Below, piece after piece: positions 62,836 through 64,000 of a DNA stretch of 64,000 nucleotides (its first letter is position 1; each line of letters opens with the position of its first letter). The notes under the pieces are model-generated. The model ran no database searches. It was not told the origin of the DNA and saw only the letters and a program-made list of their open reading frames with translations. Both the position numbers and the translations under genes were made by a program. Source of the DNA: Phoronis australis (Eukaryota > Animalia > Phoronida); the NCBI GenBank assembly GCA_002633005.1, contig NMRA01000070.1:1064474-1128473 (forward strand), written 5' to 3'.

Positions 62836-64000
62836 CTCGACGTTAGACTTGAGACTTGCACCTCGGGCAATGTTTACTGCTGGTTTCCCGTAGTGGTTTC
62901 GTAGTGGAAAGCAACCCAAAACCAGCAAGTCTTCAAGACTTCAAAACTTGAACACATGAGTATTAATAGAAACTACTGAAAATGAAATATTTGGATTATT
63001 TTCAATTTAAATAGTATTTTGTATCAATTAACATTAATATGCTTCATTTAAGTTTCTTAATTCGTACGCATTTTACACATGCTTAGCTCTGAGGCTAAGT
63101 ATCAAAGATGGCCGGTGTTATAAAAAAGGTACTAGAAACACTTTGCAGTATTTTTTAATCTTGTTGCTGCTTACATAACTATTCAAGTAGAGTGATTTTT
63201 GTTAAACAGAATGTAAATGCATATGTTGATTGTGTATAAGCGTGTAATATCTCGGGAATTGGGTGAAATTCTCCTGCGCCAGTTAAACTTTTACTTTGTT
63301 TGAAGACTCGACACTCGAAATGCTCAACGTCAACGATCCTGCCTGGTTCACAGATCAGGACACAGTCGCACTCACACTACACAGGCGTTCGATAATTGTT
63401 TACAATATGACGACAATGGCTTAGACATATGATTTTGGTATCGTTCAATTCCTCGCAATGTTATCTTTCCAAATATACACAGAAATTTCTCCTACCCCGT
63501 TCCCTTAGTATTTTATCGTGAAATTTCTTCTAGCACTATTTCCTGGTACGCGGTAGTAATACCGCCATGTTGAATGGAAGGAGTTACCTGGCGGTCAAAA
63601 AGTGAACTAATCTACCGACTTGCAGATCGTCGCTTTTCATAAGTTCAAATTGACCGAGACCCGTCAATCCCCTGCCCGAGTTACGGAACCAAGGACTCGA
63701 ATTCAATCCTATGGTGACCCTGATATACGCATCTGCTAGCAGGAATCCGCCAAAACAGCGGAGGTTGTTTTTGAGGTCCGGTGAATTTGTGAAAAGAGTA
63801 TCACTTCAGACAATTCCGTGGAAAAATGGCCAAATGGTCACAATTCTAAATAATGGAAAAGGGAAAATGCTTCTACTTGTTCATCAATATTATGTCAGGA
63901 AAACTTTAGCGGGAATCTCGCACAGGCAAACACCATTCATTCAGAATCAATGATGCTGTTTCATTTATTAACAGTAGGTGTCGCTGTAATCTTGAGTTGA

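Overview
This is AT-rich eukaryotic (animal, probably marine invertebrate) genomic DNA with spliceosomal introns, many repeats and one 52-bp assembly gap. Four genes are supported. (1) A 454-aa type II membrane protein with a single coding exon and a DxD motif, probably a glycosyltransferase (20427-21791, +). (2) A 2-exon SETMAR-type SET-domain methyltransferase with no mariner fusion (28186-31669, -). (3) A 4-exon dystroglycan homologue of about 1272 aa with a greatly expanded mucin region (35455-42311, +). (4) A carnitine palmitoyltransferase 2 with 14 coding exons, about 667 aa (44563-62835, -). Intergenic and intronic DNA holds RTE and L1/Tx1 LINE remnants, two Penelope-like remnants with hammerhead ribozyme motifs, a tRNA-derived SINE, MITEs and foldback elements, and four copies of a Helentron/DINE-like element whose tandem core carries regularly spaced CTCF-like motifs. 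Gene models were built by hand from reading frames and splice signals. No database searches were run, and the species cannot be identified from the window.
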